Assembly: GCA_965203055.1 (NCBI GenBank)
Contig: OZ241863.1
Coordinates: 480,001-544,000 of the forward strand
Direction: 5' to 3'
Source of the DNA: Spirochaetia bacterium
Lineage (GTDB): Bacteria > Spirochaetota > Spirochaetia > SZUA-6 > Bin103
Length of the DNA stretch: 64,000 nt
Shown here: piece after piece, positions 10,383-22,110 of the stretch
Position numbering within the stretch: position 1 is the stretch's first letter
Layout of the letters: each line of letters begins with the position of its first letter
Program-made: the position numbers and the translations under genes
Notes under the pieces: generated by a model
The model's input: only the letters and a program-made list of their open reading frames with translations
The model's database searches: none
What the model was told of the DNA's origin: nothing

Positions 10383-10957
10383 GTCATCTCCTCGGCAACG
10401 AAGGCGACCCGCTGCGCCTGCCGCGCCAGCGCATGCGCGAGCAACTCCTCGCGTGATTGAAACAGATCGAACTGAATCAGGAGTCGGTCCAGCGTCTTCT
10501 CATGCGGTTCGAGCTCGCCATCGGCAAGGATGTGCGCGACCGCGACGCCCCGCGCCGCCAGCGCCGGGGCGACCAGCAGCGTGCGGTGACAGTCCAGCGG
10601 CTCCTTCTCGGCGCACATGAGCGCGGTGCGATGGCGCGCGGCGCTGTCCACGATCCGCGCCAGGCCGTCCCGAAACAAGCTGGTTCGGGCGACCAGCTCA
10701 TACCGAATCTGCCCGTCCCGGTAACAGGCGGGGTCGGCCGAGCGCCCGCCAAGCTCGCGCCCGAGGCAGGTATAGCGAATGCCGTGTTCCTTGAGCGCCG
10801 CGGACAACGCGTCTCGATTGAACTGCGGGCAGAAGCGGCTGAACGGCGCCGAACGCACGTCGGCCACGGCCGTGACGCCGTTGCTCGCCAACAGCTCCAG
10901 AAACGCTTCCAACGAGTGGTTGGAGTGGCCGATGGTGAGTACTTGGGGCGCGGTCAT
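10379..10957 (-). CDS. DUF488 family protein (second subtype)
   Basis: TIGHSN, DVRSAPFS, ELGGR, LMCAE..P..CHR; 4-nt overlaps with neighbours. Confidence 0.85.
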   Translation of the reverse strand: MTAPQVLTIGHSNHSLEAFLELLASNGVTAVADVRSAPFSRFCPQFNRDALSAALKEHGIRYTCLGRELGGRSADPACYRDGQIRYELVARTSLFRDGLARIVDSAARHRTALMCAEKEPLDCHRTLLVAPALAARGVAVAHILADGELEPHEKTLDRLLIQFDLFQSREELLAHALARQAQRVAFVAEEMT

Positions 10958-11643
10958 GATCGGCGATCGCATTCGATGATGGCAGCAATCAGCTTGTAGC
11001 GGAACTGCTGGTATCGTTCACCGAGGCTGATGGTCAGGTAGCACTCCCCGAGGTCATAGCCGCCGTCCAGCTTGGCGAGGTATTCGCGCTCGTACACCGG
11101 ATCGGTAACCCACAGCGCATAGTCCGCGCCGGCGTGGGAGAACCGCCCCTGCACGCGGCGTTTGCGGTTGCCGAATGCCTCCCCGGGGCTGAACACGACG
11201 AGCCTGATTCGCTCGGCGTGGACCAGGCGCAACGAACCGGACGGCGGCCGCATCGACTCTTCCGGTATCCGGTCGTTGCGCCCGTGGTAGGTGTGGCAAC
11301 CGTCGATCCAGAGCGGCGCCACCGGATCCCCCAGGGCCGGCAGATCGAACCACGACCACGTTCCCTCCTTGCGCCAGTAGCGGTCGGGGTCGAGCAACCA
11401 GTTTTCGGTTTGCCATCGATCCGGCCGCGGCTCCAGTACCGGCAGGCTGATGATGTCCAGCACCCGGGGGTCGCCGCCGTCCTCGTACTGGCGCTCATAT
11501 TCGGACACTTCCTGCCCGGGGCGGCCGCTCACCGGGCGGATCCAGTTACCGACCTGCCGGCCCGCCAGTTCGCGGCCGGCAATGCAGCGCCCGGCCAGCT
11601 TGCGCGAGTTCGCAAGGCACACCATTCGCTTGCGGTCGATCAT
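10954..11643 (-). CDS. Dual OB-fold domain-containing protein
   Basis: CLANSRKxxGRCIAG, WIRPV, QTEN, VTDP, LTISLGE, YKLIAAII pattern; start at ATG 11643. Confidence 0.7.
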   Translation of the reverse strand: MIDRKRMVCLANSRKLAGRCIAGRELAGRQVGNWIRPVSGRPGQEVSEYERQYEDGGDPRVLDIISLPVLEPRPDRWQTENWLLDPDRYWRKEGTWSWFDLPALGDPVAPLWIDGCHTYHGRNDRIPEESMRPPSGSLRLVHAERIRLVVFSPGEAFGNRKRRVQGRFSHAGADYALWVTDPVYEREYLAKLDGGYDLGECYLTISLGERYQQFRYKLIAAIIECDRRS

Positions 11644-12884
11644 GGCCCGGCGCCCTCCGCCGCCCGGATCACGAGGCGCAGCTCGCTGTCGTCGATCAGC
11701 CGATACTCCGGCAGCCGCCCGGACAGCTCGCGGCATTCCCGGCGAATGATCGGCACCCCGTCGCCGCGCGTGTCCATCAGCCGCGTGCGGCCCACGCCGG
11801 ACGGCGCCGCGCAACGGGCCAGCAGCGACACGATCAACTCGTTCCGGTTCGCTTGGCGCAGGTGCAGGCTGTCCGGCGTGAGGCTGTTGACCAGCCCGCC
11901 GGGGACGTACAGCTCCAGGCGGTCGCCGAACAGGTGCAGGCGCACCCGGGCGCCCGCGATCGAGTAGTCGCGGTGCGCGACGGCGTTCACGATCGCCTCG
12001 AATACGGCGCGTTCGCTGAACTGGGGACGCTCCGAACGGGCAGTCTCCTTGGTTGCGCGGACCAGCATGTTGCGCCGTACGAAGTGCAGCGCTTCCGCGA
12101 TCTGCTCGTCCAGCGGCCCGCCGAGGTCGCGGGCGTCGGTCTGGTAGTTGGCGGCGGTCCGCTCGCCGGCATAGCTGACCGCCTGAATGTACGCGTGGGG
12201 CAGCCACCGCTGCGGGTCCGCGGTGCAGAGCAGCACGCCGGCGAGGGTCAGCCGCGCCCGTCCGTCCGGGTCATCGGCGACGATGCGGAGCTTACGCAAC
12301 TGGTCGTCAGGGTCAGCCGGAGAGTCGTCGAGGTCGCCGCGCACGAACCGCTGCGCCAGCGAGTAGTGCAGATCGGCCGGGGCGGTGGCCGGCACGATCG
12401 ATTCATCGAACCGGATCACTCGACTCTGGCTGCGTTGCTGGAACAACCGTGCGAGCACCTCCGGCGCCAGTTCTCGCTTGGAGCTGCCGATCCGGTGGAA
12501 GTAGCCGCCCGGGCTCTTGTGCACGAACAAGCTGCGTTCGACGTCGACGCGCAGCACCGCGCCGGTCCCGCCCTCCGCGGGCTCCAACTCCTGCTTGCGG
12601 ATGTCGGCATCGAGCGCCGGTTGCACCAGGTCGTTGCAGATTTCTCGCACCCAGCTCTCCACTACGTCCAGGTCGTCCAGCGGGATGCCTTGGATGCGCC
12701 GCGTGTTGTCGTCCACGCCGACGATCAGCGTGCCGCCGCGGCTGTTGGCAAACGCCGCCAGTTCGTCAGCCAGCGCGCGCCGCTCCGGGGCACGGACTCT
12801 GCCACCGGTGACGTGAACGCTCTTGAACTCCAGCCGCGCATCCTCGCCCAAGCGGATGCGCCGCGCAAGATCGCGGTCGGCCAT
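11640..12884 (-). CDS. AlbA_2 (Schlafen-like) plus HATPase_c_4 'RecG-like regulator' protein
   Basis: GED..LEFKS, AFANSRGG.LIVGVDD, EAIVNAVAHRDY, PGGL, RN..I, G.GV. Confidence 0.85.
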   Translation of the reverse strand: MADRDLARRIRLGEDARLEFKSVHVTGGRVRAPERRALADELAAFANSRGGTLIVGVDDNTRRIQGIPLDDLDVVESWVREICNDLVQPALDADIRKQELEPAEGGTGAVLRVDVERSLFVHKSPGGYFHRIGSSKRELAPEVLARLFQQRSQSRVIRFDESIVPATAPADLHYSLAQRFVRGDLDDSPADPDDQLRKLRIVADDPDGRARLTLAGVLLCTADPQRWLPHAYIQAVSYAGERTAANYQTDARDLGGPLDEQIAEALHFVRRNMLVRATKETARSERPQFSERAVFEAIVNAVAHRDYSIAGARVRLHLFGDRLELYVPGGLVNSLTPDSLHLRQANRNELIVSLLARCAAPSGVGRTRLMDTRGDGVPIIRRECRELSGRLPEYRLIDDSELRLVIRAAEGAGP

Positions 12885-12897
12885 CGCGGTGGGGATT

Positions 12898-14691
12898 CTA
12901 CGGTATCACGGGGACGTGCGCGAAGCGGGTGACGTCGACCAGGCCGAGATCGGAGATGCGCAGCTCGGGGATGACCACCAGGGCGAGCAGGCTGAGCTGC
13001 ATGTAGCCATTGTTGAGCGCGCAGCCGCAGTCGCGCATCGCCTGCATCACGCGCGCCGACTTGGCCGCGACCGCCTCGGCGCGCTCGGTGGACATCAGGC
13101 CGCCGACCGGCAGCTCCACCAGCGCGGTTACCCGGCCCGCGCGCACCACCACCACCCCGCCGCCCGCGGCGGCCAGCGCATTCACCGCCTGCGCCATGTC
13201 GCCGGCGCAGGTGCCGGCCACCAGCAGGTGATGACTGTCGTGGGCCACCGTCGAGGCAACGGCGCAACGGCCCCGGAACCCGAATCCCTTCACGAAGCCG
13301 TTCACCACCGTACCCGCCCCGCGGTGGCGCTCCACCAGCGCCAGCGGCAGCACGTCATTCGCCGGATCGGGCTGCACCGCGCCGTCAATCACCGTCAGGG
13401 CGGCGGTCAGATGACGGGTCGGCGCCTGGTTCTCCAGCACGCCGATGACGTTGGCCGTCACCGTGCCGTCCGCCTGCCCCGCAGGCACCACGAAGTCCGC
13501 CGCGGCCACCGGGCGGGCAAGGCGCACCGACTGCCGGAACCGCGGCTCATGCTGCCAGACGGGCAGCTCCAACAGCAGGCGGCCCGCTTCGGCGGCCACC
13601 TCGCCGTTGACGATCACCAGGCCGGCGGCAAAGTGGTCCAGGCTGTCGGCCACCACCAGGTCGGCATAACGCCCCGGAGCCAGGCTCCCCAGGTCGCGCT
13701 CCACGCCGAAGTGCTCGGCGGTATTGATGGTCATCATCTGCAGCGCCACCAGCGGATCGCACCCCAGCTCCACCGCGTGGCGCAGCACCCGGTCCATGTG
13801 CCCCTCCTGCACCAGGGTGGCGGCGTGCACGTCGTCGGTGCACAGGATGAACCGGCGCGGGTCCAGGCCGCGCTCCGTCACCGCGGTGATCTGCGCAGCT
13901 ACGTCGTGCCAGGCCGAACCGAGCCGCAGCATCGGGCGCAGGCCGCGGCGGGCGCGCTCCACCGCATCGACCTCGCGCGTGTTCTCGTGATCGTCGGCCG
14001 GACCGCCGGCCAGGTAACCATGAAACGGGCGCCCCAGATCGGGACTGGCGTAGTGGCCGCCGACCGTCTTGCCGGCGCGCATGGCGGCCGCCACTTCCGC
14101 ATGCATGGCCGGGTCGTTGGCGGCCAGGCCGGGGAAGTTCATCATCTCGCCCAGTCCGATGACGCCCGGCCACGTCATCGCTTCTTCCACCTCGCGCGGG
14201 GTGATCACCGCGCCCGGCGTCTCCAGTCCCGGCGCCGAGGGCACGCAGGAGGGCATCTGCAGGAACACGTGGATCGGCATGGCGGCCGCCTCGGCCAGCA
14301 TCATGCGCACGCCGTCGAGGCCGAACACGTTGGCGATCTCGTGCGGGTCGGCGAACAGCGCGGTGGTGCCGTGCGGCAGCACCGCGCGCACGTACTCGGT
14401 AATGGTGCACATGCTGCTTTCCACGTGCATGTGGCCGTCGGTCAGCCCCGGCACCAGGAAGCGGCCCTCCGCCTCCAGCACGCGGGTGCCGGCGCCGGTG
14501 CAGTAGCCGGCATCCTCCACGACGCAGGCGATGCGCCCGCAACTCACCGCAATGTCGATCCCCTCCACCACCTCGCGGGTGAGCACGTTCACCCAGCGGC
14601 CGTTGCGAATCACCAAGTCCGCCGGCGCCCGCCCGGCGGCCACGTCCACCAGCCGGGTCGCTGCCTCGTGCCATGCTCTGCGCTGCCGCAT
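12898..14691 (-). CDS. ade: Adenine deaminase
   Basis: PGLTDGHMHVESS, DPHEIANV, GEMMNFPG, DHE, CTDD, STVAHDSH; start approximate. Confidence 0.93.
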   Translation of the reverse strand: MRQRRAWHEAATRLVDVAAGRAPADLVIRNGRWVNVLTREVVEGIDIAVSCGRIACVVEDAGYCTGAGTRVLEAEGRFLVPGLTDGHMHVESSMCTITEYVRAVLPHGTTALFADPHEIANVFGLDGVRMMLAEAAAMPIHVFLQMPSCVPSAPGLETPGAVITPREVEEAMTWPGVIGLGEMMNFPGLAANDPAMHAEVAAAMRAGKTVGGHYASPDLGRPFHGYLAGGPADDHENTREVDAVERARRGLRPMLRLGSAWHDVAAQITAVTERGLDPRRFILCTDDVHAATLVQEGHMDRVLRHAVELGCDPLVALQMMTINTAEHFGVERDLGSLAPGRYADLVVADSLDHFAAGLVIVNGEVAAEAGRLLLELPVWQHEPRFRQSVRLARPVAAADFVVPAGQADGTVTANVIGVLENQAPTRHLTAALTVIDGAVQPDPANDVLPLALVERHRGAGTVVNGFVKGFGFRGRCAVASTVAHDSHHLLVAGTCAGDMAQAVNALAAAGGGVVVVRAGRVTALVELPVGGLMSTERAEAVAAKSARVMQAMRDCGCALNNGYMQLSLLALVVIPELRISDLGLVDVTRFAHVPVIP

Positions 14692-14756
14692 CGGCGCCGA
14701 TGGTAACCTGAAACTGCGGCGGCGGTCTCGCCGGCTTGCGCCGGCTGGGCGGCCCA

Positions 14757-16106
14757 TCAGTCTGCCAGCCGGTCAGCAGCCCGGTCCCAGACCGGGCGCC
14801 CGGCGACGTAGGTGGCGCGCACCGCGCGCTCGTCGCCGAGGATCGCCAGGGCGAACAGGGTGTCCTCCAGCCCTCGCGACAGTGCCGCGCGGTCCTTCAG
14901 CTCCGGCGTGGCGGCGGGATCGAGCACCACGAGGTCCGCCCAGCGGTCCGGTTCGAGCATGCCGATTTCCTGCTCCAGTCCGAGTTGCACCGCGTTGCCG
15001 CGGGTGGCCAGATGGAACAGATCGTGGGCGCTGAGCATGTGCCCGCGCAGCAGCGCCACCTTGTAGGCCTCCCCCATGGTGCGCAGCATCGAGTAGCTGG
15101 TGCCGCCGCCCACGTCGGTGGCGAGGCCGATGCCCACCGGGCGGGCCGAGTCGCCAAGGCGCCTGAGGTCGAACAGGCCGGAGCCGAGGAAGGTGTTGGA
15201 GGTGGGGCAGTGCACGACGGTGGCGCCCGCTTCCGCCAGGCGCGCGCACTCCCGCTCCGCCAGATGAACGCCGTGAGCGAAGAGGCTGCGCGGGCCGAGC
15301 AGACCGCAGCGGTCGTACACGTCGGTGTAGTCCCGCGCCCACGGAAAGTCGCGCCGCACCGCCGCGATCTCCGGCAGGCTCTCGGAGAGGTGGCTGTGCA
15401 CGTAGCACTCGGGGTGCCGCGCGGCCAGCTCGCCGGCGGCGCGGAGCTGCGCGGCGCTGGAGGTGACCGCGAAACGCACCGTAATGGCGTAGCGCAGCCG
15501 CCCGCGGCCATGCCAGCGTTCGAGCAGCGCCTCGCTGTCGCTTGCCCCGCGCTCAGGAGTGTCGCGCAAGGCCGCCGGCGCATTGCGGTCCATCATCGTC
15601 TTGCCGGTCACCAGCGCCAGGCCGCGCCGTTCGGCGGCTGCCAGCAGCGCCTCGGTCGCGCCGCGATGCACGGTGGAAAACACCACCGCGGCGGTGGTGC
15701 CGTGCCGCGCCAGGCGGTCGAGGAACACCTCCGCCGCGGCGCGCGCGTGGGCCGGCGCCGCGTAGCGGCTCTCTTCCGGGAAGGTGAAGCGCTCCAGCCA
15801 GTCGAGCAGGTTGCGGCCGGGGGCGGCGAGCATGCGGTACTGCGGAAAGTGAACGTGCGCGTCGATCAGCCCCGGCAGCACCAGCGCCGCCCCATGGTCG
15901 TCCACCGGCAGTGAGCGGAACCGCTCCGGCAGGCGCGCCGCGGGCCCGCGCCAAGCGATGCGGCCGGCGCCGTCCACGGCCACGGCCCCGCGGCGGAAGA
16001 ACTGCACCGCGCTCTCCGGCGCGACGCCCTCCGGCGCGGCGCCGGGGGCGGCGCGGTAGGTCAACACCGCGCCGCGCACCACCCTTGCGGCGGCGCCGGC
16101 GTTCAC
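14757..16106 (-). CDS. guaD: Guanine deaminase
   Basis: PGLIDAHVHFPQ, LLDWLERFTFPEE, HLSES, HCPTSNTFLGSG, ATDVGGG. Confidence 0.92.
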   Translation of the reverse strand: MNAGAAARVVRGAVLTYRAAPGAAPEGVAPESAVQFFRRGAVAVDGAGRIAWRGPAARLPERFRSLPVDDHGAALVLPGLIDAHVHFPQYRMLAAPGRNLLDWLERFTFPEESRYAAPAHARAAAEVFLDRLARHGTTAAVVFSTVHRGATEALLAAAERRGLALVTGKTMMDRNAPAALRDTPERGASDSEALLERWHGRGRLRYAITVRFAVTSSAAQLRAAGELAARHPECYVHSHLSESLPEIAAVRRDFPWARDYTDVYDRCGLLGPRSLFAHGVHLAERECARLAEAGATVVHCPTSNTFLGSGLFDLRRLGDSARPVGIGLATDVGGGTSYSMLRTMGEAYKVALLRGHMLSAHDLFHLATRGNAVQLGLEQEIGMLEPDRWADLVVLDPAATPELKDRAALSRGLEDTLFALAILGDERAVRATYVAGRPVWDRAADRLAD

Positions 16107-16663
16107 GGCGCGACCCGAGCTTCGAGCCGAAAGCGGAGGATGCGCTCGACGTTGGCCAGCGCCAGGGCGCGTTCGGCGGCCGCGGAATGGTCGATCCGCT
16201 CCTCGAACGCGGCCAGGATCGCCTCCTTGGCGGCGCCCTTCACGGCGAAGATGAACGGAAAGCCGAACCGTTTGCGGTAGCGCGCGTTCAGGTCGGCGAA
16301 GCGGGCGAACTCGGCGCGGGTAAGGCGGTCGAGACCCGCGCCGGCCTGCTCGCGCCGTGAGGCCTCGGCGACGCCCTTCGCGGCGGCGCCGCCGGCCACC
16401 GCGGCGCGGTCGGCCAAGTCGGGGTGGGCGCGCAGCAGCGCGAGCTGGGCGTTTGCCGGCGCGGCCCGCACCGCGCCGGCAAACGCCGCGATCAGGGCCT
16501 CGCGATGCGCGAACGGGCGCGCTGCGGCTGCCGCCGCAGCGACCCAGGGAGAATGTTCCGCCACGTCACCGAAGCAGGCGGTGAATGCCTCGTCATCCAG
16601 CGCATTGACCGCTTCGATGGACAAGGGTGGGGCCGGCGGCCCCCCGCCCGCCGCCACTGCCAT
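16103..16663 (-). CDS. uraD: OHCU decarboxylase
   Basis: EHSPWVA, LRAHPDLA, SRREQAGAGL, YRKRFGFPFIFAVKG. Confidence 0.9.
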   Translation of the reverse strand: MAVAAGGGPPAPPLSIEAVNALDDEAFTACFGDVAEHSPWVAAAAAAARPFAHREALIAAFAGAVRAAPANAQLALLRAHPDLADRAAVAGGAAAKGVAEASRREQAGAGLDRLTRAEFARFADLNARYRKRFGFPFIFAVKGAAKEAILAAFEERIDHSAAAERALALANVERILRFRLEARVAP

Positions 16664-16689
16664 GCGCAGCCGCTGATCGGGCCGGCGCG

Positions 16690-17799
16690 CTACTCCGGCA
16701 GCTTGTCGTCGACGCCGCGCACGTACCAGTTCATGCCCAGCAGGGTGCCGTCGTCGAGCACTTCGCCGGCAGCCGCCGCCATGGTCCCGTCCTGGCGGTA
16801 GATCGGCCCGGTGAAGGGATGGAACTCGCCGGAAGCGATCTTGCGCTCGGTTTCCTGCGCCATCGCCACCACGTCGTCGGGCAGGTTGGTGTAGGCCGCC
16901 ATCCGCACCATGCCGGGGCCGATGCCGTCCCAGGTGTCCTTGGACTCCCAGGTGCCGTCGAGGACCGCCTGGGCGCGCGCGATGTAGTAGGGCCCCCAGT
17001 CGTCCATCACCGCGGTGAGCTGGGAATCGGGCGCGAACGCCATCATGTCCGACGCCTGGCCGAAGCCGAGGATGCCATTCTCGGCCGCAATCTGCAGCGG
17101 GGCGGTGGAGTCGGTATGCTGCACCATGATGTCCGCGCCCTGGCCGATCAGCACCTTGGCGGCGTCCGCCTCCTTGCCCGGATCGAACCACGAGTTCACC
17201 CAGATGAGCTTGATCTTGAAGTCGGGGTCGATCGACTGGGCGCCGAGCATGAACGAGTTGATGCCGCGCACCACCTCCGGGATCGGAAACGAGACGATGT
17301 AGCCGGCCACGCCGGTCTGCGACATGCGCGCCGCGATCTGCCCGATCACGTAGCGGCCCTCGTAGAACCGCCCGGAGTAGGTCGAGACGTTGTCAGCGCG
17401 CTGATAGCCGGTAGCGTGTTCGAACTTCACGTCCGGGAACTGCTCCGCCACCTTGATGGTCGGCTCCATGTAGCCGAACGAGGTGGTAAAGATCAGCCCG
17501 GCGCCCTCGCGCGCGAGGCGGGTGATGGCTCGTTCGGCGTCCGGCCCCTCGGCGACGTTTTCCACGTACACGGTCTCGACCCGGTCGCCGAGCGCTTCTT
17601 CGACGTCGAGGCGGCCCCGGTCATGCTGGTAGGTCCAGCCGTGGTCGCCGATCGGGCCGACGTAGATGAAGCCGATCTTCAGGCTGGCATCGCCGCCCTC
17701 CTCTCCGGCGGGCGACGCGAACGCGGCGGCGGCCGTCAATGCCAACACCGCGGCCATTGCAATGGCGCTCTTGAGCATCTTCATATTCATGGGATTCAT
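16690..17799 (-). CDS. BMP-family ABC substrate-binding protein (purine/nucleoside)
   Basis: Signal peptide; IYVGPIGDHGWTYQH, TTSFGY, WFDPGKE, QHTDS. Confidence 0.9.
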   Translation of the reverse strand: MNPMNMKMLKSAIAMAAVLALTAAAAFASPAGEEGGDASLKIGFIYVGPIGDHGWTYQHDRGRLDVEEALGDRVETVYVENVAEGPDAERAITRLAREGAGLIFTTSFGYMEPTIKVAEQFPDVKFEHATGYQRADNVSTYSGRFYEGRYVIGQIAARMSQTGVAGYIVSFPIPEVVRGINSFMLGAQSIDPDFKIKLIWVNSWFDPGKEADAAKVLIGQGADIMVQHTDSTAPLQIAAENGILGFGQASDMMAFAPDSQLTAVMDDWGPYYIARAQAVLDGTWESKDTWDGIGPGMVRMAAYTNLPDDVVAMAQETERKIASGEFHPFTGPIYRQDGTMAAAAGEVLDDGTLLGMNWYVRGVDDKLPE

Positions 17800-17838
17800 T
17801 CCTCGATGAACGGGGATTTCGGCAGGAACGGCCCCGGC

Positions 17839-18759
17839 TCAGCGGTCGGGCACGAACTGCTGGCCTATACAAGCAGGTGTGTTGACTTTCGTCAAGAGCC
17901 GGTTGCCGGACACCAGCACCAGGGCCGCAATGGTGGCCAGATAGGGCAGCGCTCCCAACAGTTGCGACGGGACGCCGATTCCCACCCCCTGCGCGTACAG
18001 GCCCATGATCCACACCGTCCCGAACAGATAGGCGCCGATTGCCACCCGCCGCGGCGCCCAGGTGGAGAACACCACCAGCGCCAGCGCGATCCAGCCGCGC
18101 CCGGCGGTCATGTTCTCGATCCATTGCGGGGTGTAGACCAGCGACAGATAGCCGCCGGCAAGACCGGCGCAGGCGCCGCCGAACAGGATGCAGGCGTAGC
18201 GCACCCGGATCACGGGGTAGCCGAGCGCGTGCGCGGAGTGATGGTTGCCGCCGATTGCCCGGATCACCAGCCCCAGGCGGGTGCGCGCCAGGGTCCAGGC
18301 GACCAGCACGGTGAGGGCCACCGAAACGTACACCAGCGGATCCTGGCCGAACACCACCGGCCCGATCAGCGGGAGGTCGCTGAGCAGCGGCACCCGGACG
18401 GCCTGCAGCTTCACCCCGGGCAGCCCGGTGAAGTTCTCGCCGATCAGCCCGGCAAGGCCGAGCCCGAACAGCGTCAGCGCCAGCCCGGTGGCGACCTGAT
18501 TGGTCACCAGCGTCTGGGTCAGGTACGCGAACAGCAGCGCCACCGCGATGCCGGTGACGACCGAGGTGGCCACCCCCACCAGCGCCGAGCCGGTCAGGTA
18601 GGCGGCCGCGAAGCCGCTTACCGTGCCCATGATCATCATCCCTTCCACGCCCAGGTTGAGCACCCCCGAGCGTTCCACCACCAGCTCGCCGATGGCGGCC
18701 AGCAGCAGCGGCGTCGACGCGGTGACGATCGTCAGCAGAACCGATTGCAACTCGATCAT
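17839..18759 (-). CDS. Nucleoside-type ABC permease
   Basis: ERSGVLNLGVEG, GRGWIALALV, LPYLAT. Confidence 0.9.
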   Translation of the reverse strand: MIELQSVLLTIVTASTPLLLAAIGELVVERSGVLNLGVEGMMIMGTVSGFAAAYLTGSALVGVATSVVTGIAVALLFAYLTQTLVTNQVATGLALTLFGLGLAGLIGENFTGLPGVKLQAVRVPLLSDLPLIGPVVFGQDPLVYVSVALTVLVAWTLARTRLGLVIRAIGGNHHSAHALGYPVIRVRYACILFGGACAGLAGGYLSLVYTPQWIENMTAGRGWIALALVVFSTWAPRRVAIGAYLFGTVWIMGLYAQGVGIGVPSQLLGALPYLATIAALVLVSGNRLLTKVNTPACIGQQFVPDR

Positions 18760-19819
18760 TCGATCACCTTCCGGCGCAGCTTCAGCCGGTAGCGGATCAG
18801 GGTGTCGCAGGCCAGGATGAAGAACAGCAGCGTGCCCTGGAACACCTGGGCGGTCTTGGCGGACAGCCCGAGCGTGATCTGCGCGCCTTCGCCGCCGAGA
18901 TAGCTGATCGCCAGAATGATGCCCGCGAGCACGACCCCGAGCGGGTTCAGCCGGCCCAGGAACGCCACGATGATCGCGGTGAAGCCGTACCCCGGCGAGA
19001 TCGACGGCTGCAGTTGGCCGATCGGCCCGGCAATCTCGCCGATACCGGCCAGTCCCGCCAGGCCGCCGGACAGCAGCAGGCAGAACCACACCGTACGCGG
19101 CCGCGCGAAGCCGCCGAAGCCGCCGGCGCGCGGCGCGTCGCCCGACACCTGGATCTCGAAGCCCTTCAGGGTGCGCGCCAGGAACAGGAACAGCACGCCG
19201 GCGGCCAGCACCGCGAACAGCCCGCCCAGGTGCACGCGGCCGTAGCCGAGCGACGGCAGGAGCTGAAACTCCTGCAGCTCGACCGATTCCGGGAAGTTGA
19301 ACCCGCCGGGGTCGCGCCAGGGGCCGCGCACCAGCCAATCCAGCAGTAGCTGCGCCACGTAGACGAGCATCAGGCTGGTAAGTATCTCGTTCGCCCCGAA
19401 GCGATTGCGGAGCAGGGCGGGAACCGCCGCCCAGAGCATGCCGCCGCCGACGCCCAGCGCCAGCATCAGCGGCAGCGCCAGCGGCGATTCCCAGTAGGTC
19501 GCCAGGATCGGGACCGCGGCGCCGGCCAGGGCGCCCGCGGTGAGCTGCCCCTCGGCGCCGATGTTCCAGACGTTGGCGCGGAAGCAGACCGCCAGACCGG
19601 CGCCGATCAGGACCAGCGGCGTGGCCTTGACGATCAGCTCTTCGATCGACCACAGCGTGGTGACCGGCTCGATGAAGTAGACGTACAGCGCCGGCAGCGG
19701 CGGCAGCCCGCGCGCCGCGAACAGGATGCCGCCCACCACCACGGTGAGCAGCATGGCCAGCACCGGCGACAGCACCACCATCGCCCGGCTGGGATGCGCC
19801 CGCTGCTCGAATTGCAGCG

Positions 19820-19823
<4 letters not shown>
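18756..19823 (-). CDS. Nucleoside-type ABC permease
   Basis: WNIGAEGQ, NEILTSLML, GYGFTAIIVAFLGRLNP. Confidence 0.9.
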
Positions 19824-21351
<1,528 letters not shown>

Positions 21352-21355
<4 letters not shown>

Positions 21356-22110
21356 CCTTCTCCCCCGGGCCGGCCGCGCTGCCAGGCGCGCTGCGCCGCG
21401 GCGTAGGCATCCGGGCTGCCAACGTCGTAGCAGGCGCCGTCGGCGAGGTAGCCGTAGACCGCGGTCCGCTCCGTCAGCCAGCCCAGGAAGTGGCCGGGGG
21501 CGTCCGGGTTGCCCCCGGCCTGCAGGTACTCGCGCACCAGCGGCTGCGCCGCCGGCGGCAGCACGTACAGCGCCAGGCTGGCGAGCCGCGACTTCGGGCG
21601 CCGCGGCTTCTCCTCGAAGTCGACGATGCGTCCCGCGGCGTCGAGCAGCACGCAGCCGTGGCGGCCGGCAAGGTGGCCGCGGCTCGGCGCCCGCAGGCAC
21701 ACGTTGACCGCGGCCGCCTGCCGCCGCGCGAACTGCAGCGGCCCGGTCAGCTCGAAGGCGAGCAGCTTGTCGGTGGCGGCCACCAGGATGGCCGTTTGGC
21801 GGCCGAGCCGCTCGAGGGCGAACTGCAGGTCGCCGACCGCCCCGTAGCGTTGCTCCTCGGTCCGGGTCCGGTCGCTGATCAGACTGGTGCGGAGGGCCGG
21901 CGGCTGCGCCTCCAGGTAGCGCTGCAGCGCCGGGTAGAAGCGGTCGTTGGTGACGATGGTGACCGTTTCGACGAGAGCGGAGCGGGCGAGGTTGTCGAGC
22001 AGGTGGGCGAGGATGGGGCGGCCGCCGATCTCGATCAGCGCCTTCGGCGTATCGGGGAACAGCGCGCGCATCCGAGTGCCATGGCCGGCGGCAAGGAGGA
22101 CGGCATTCAA
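21352..22110 (-). CDS. Sugar-1-phosphate nucleotidyltransferase
   Basis: LLAAGHGTRM...PKAL, FEEKP, DVG. Confidence 0.85.
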
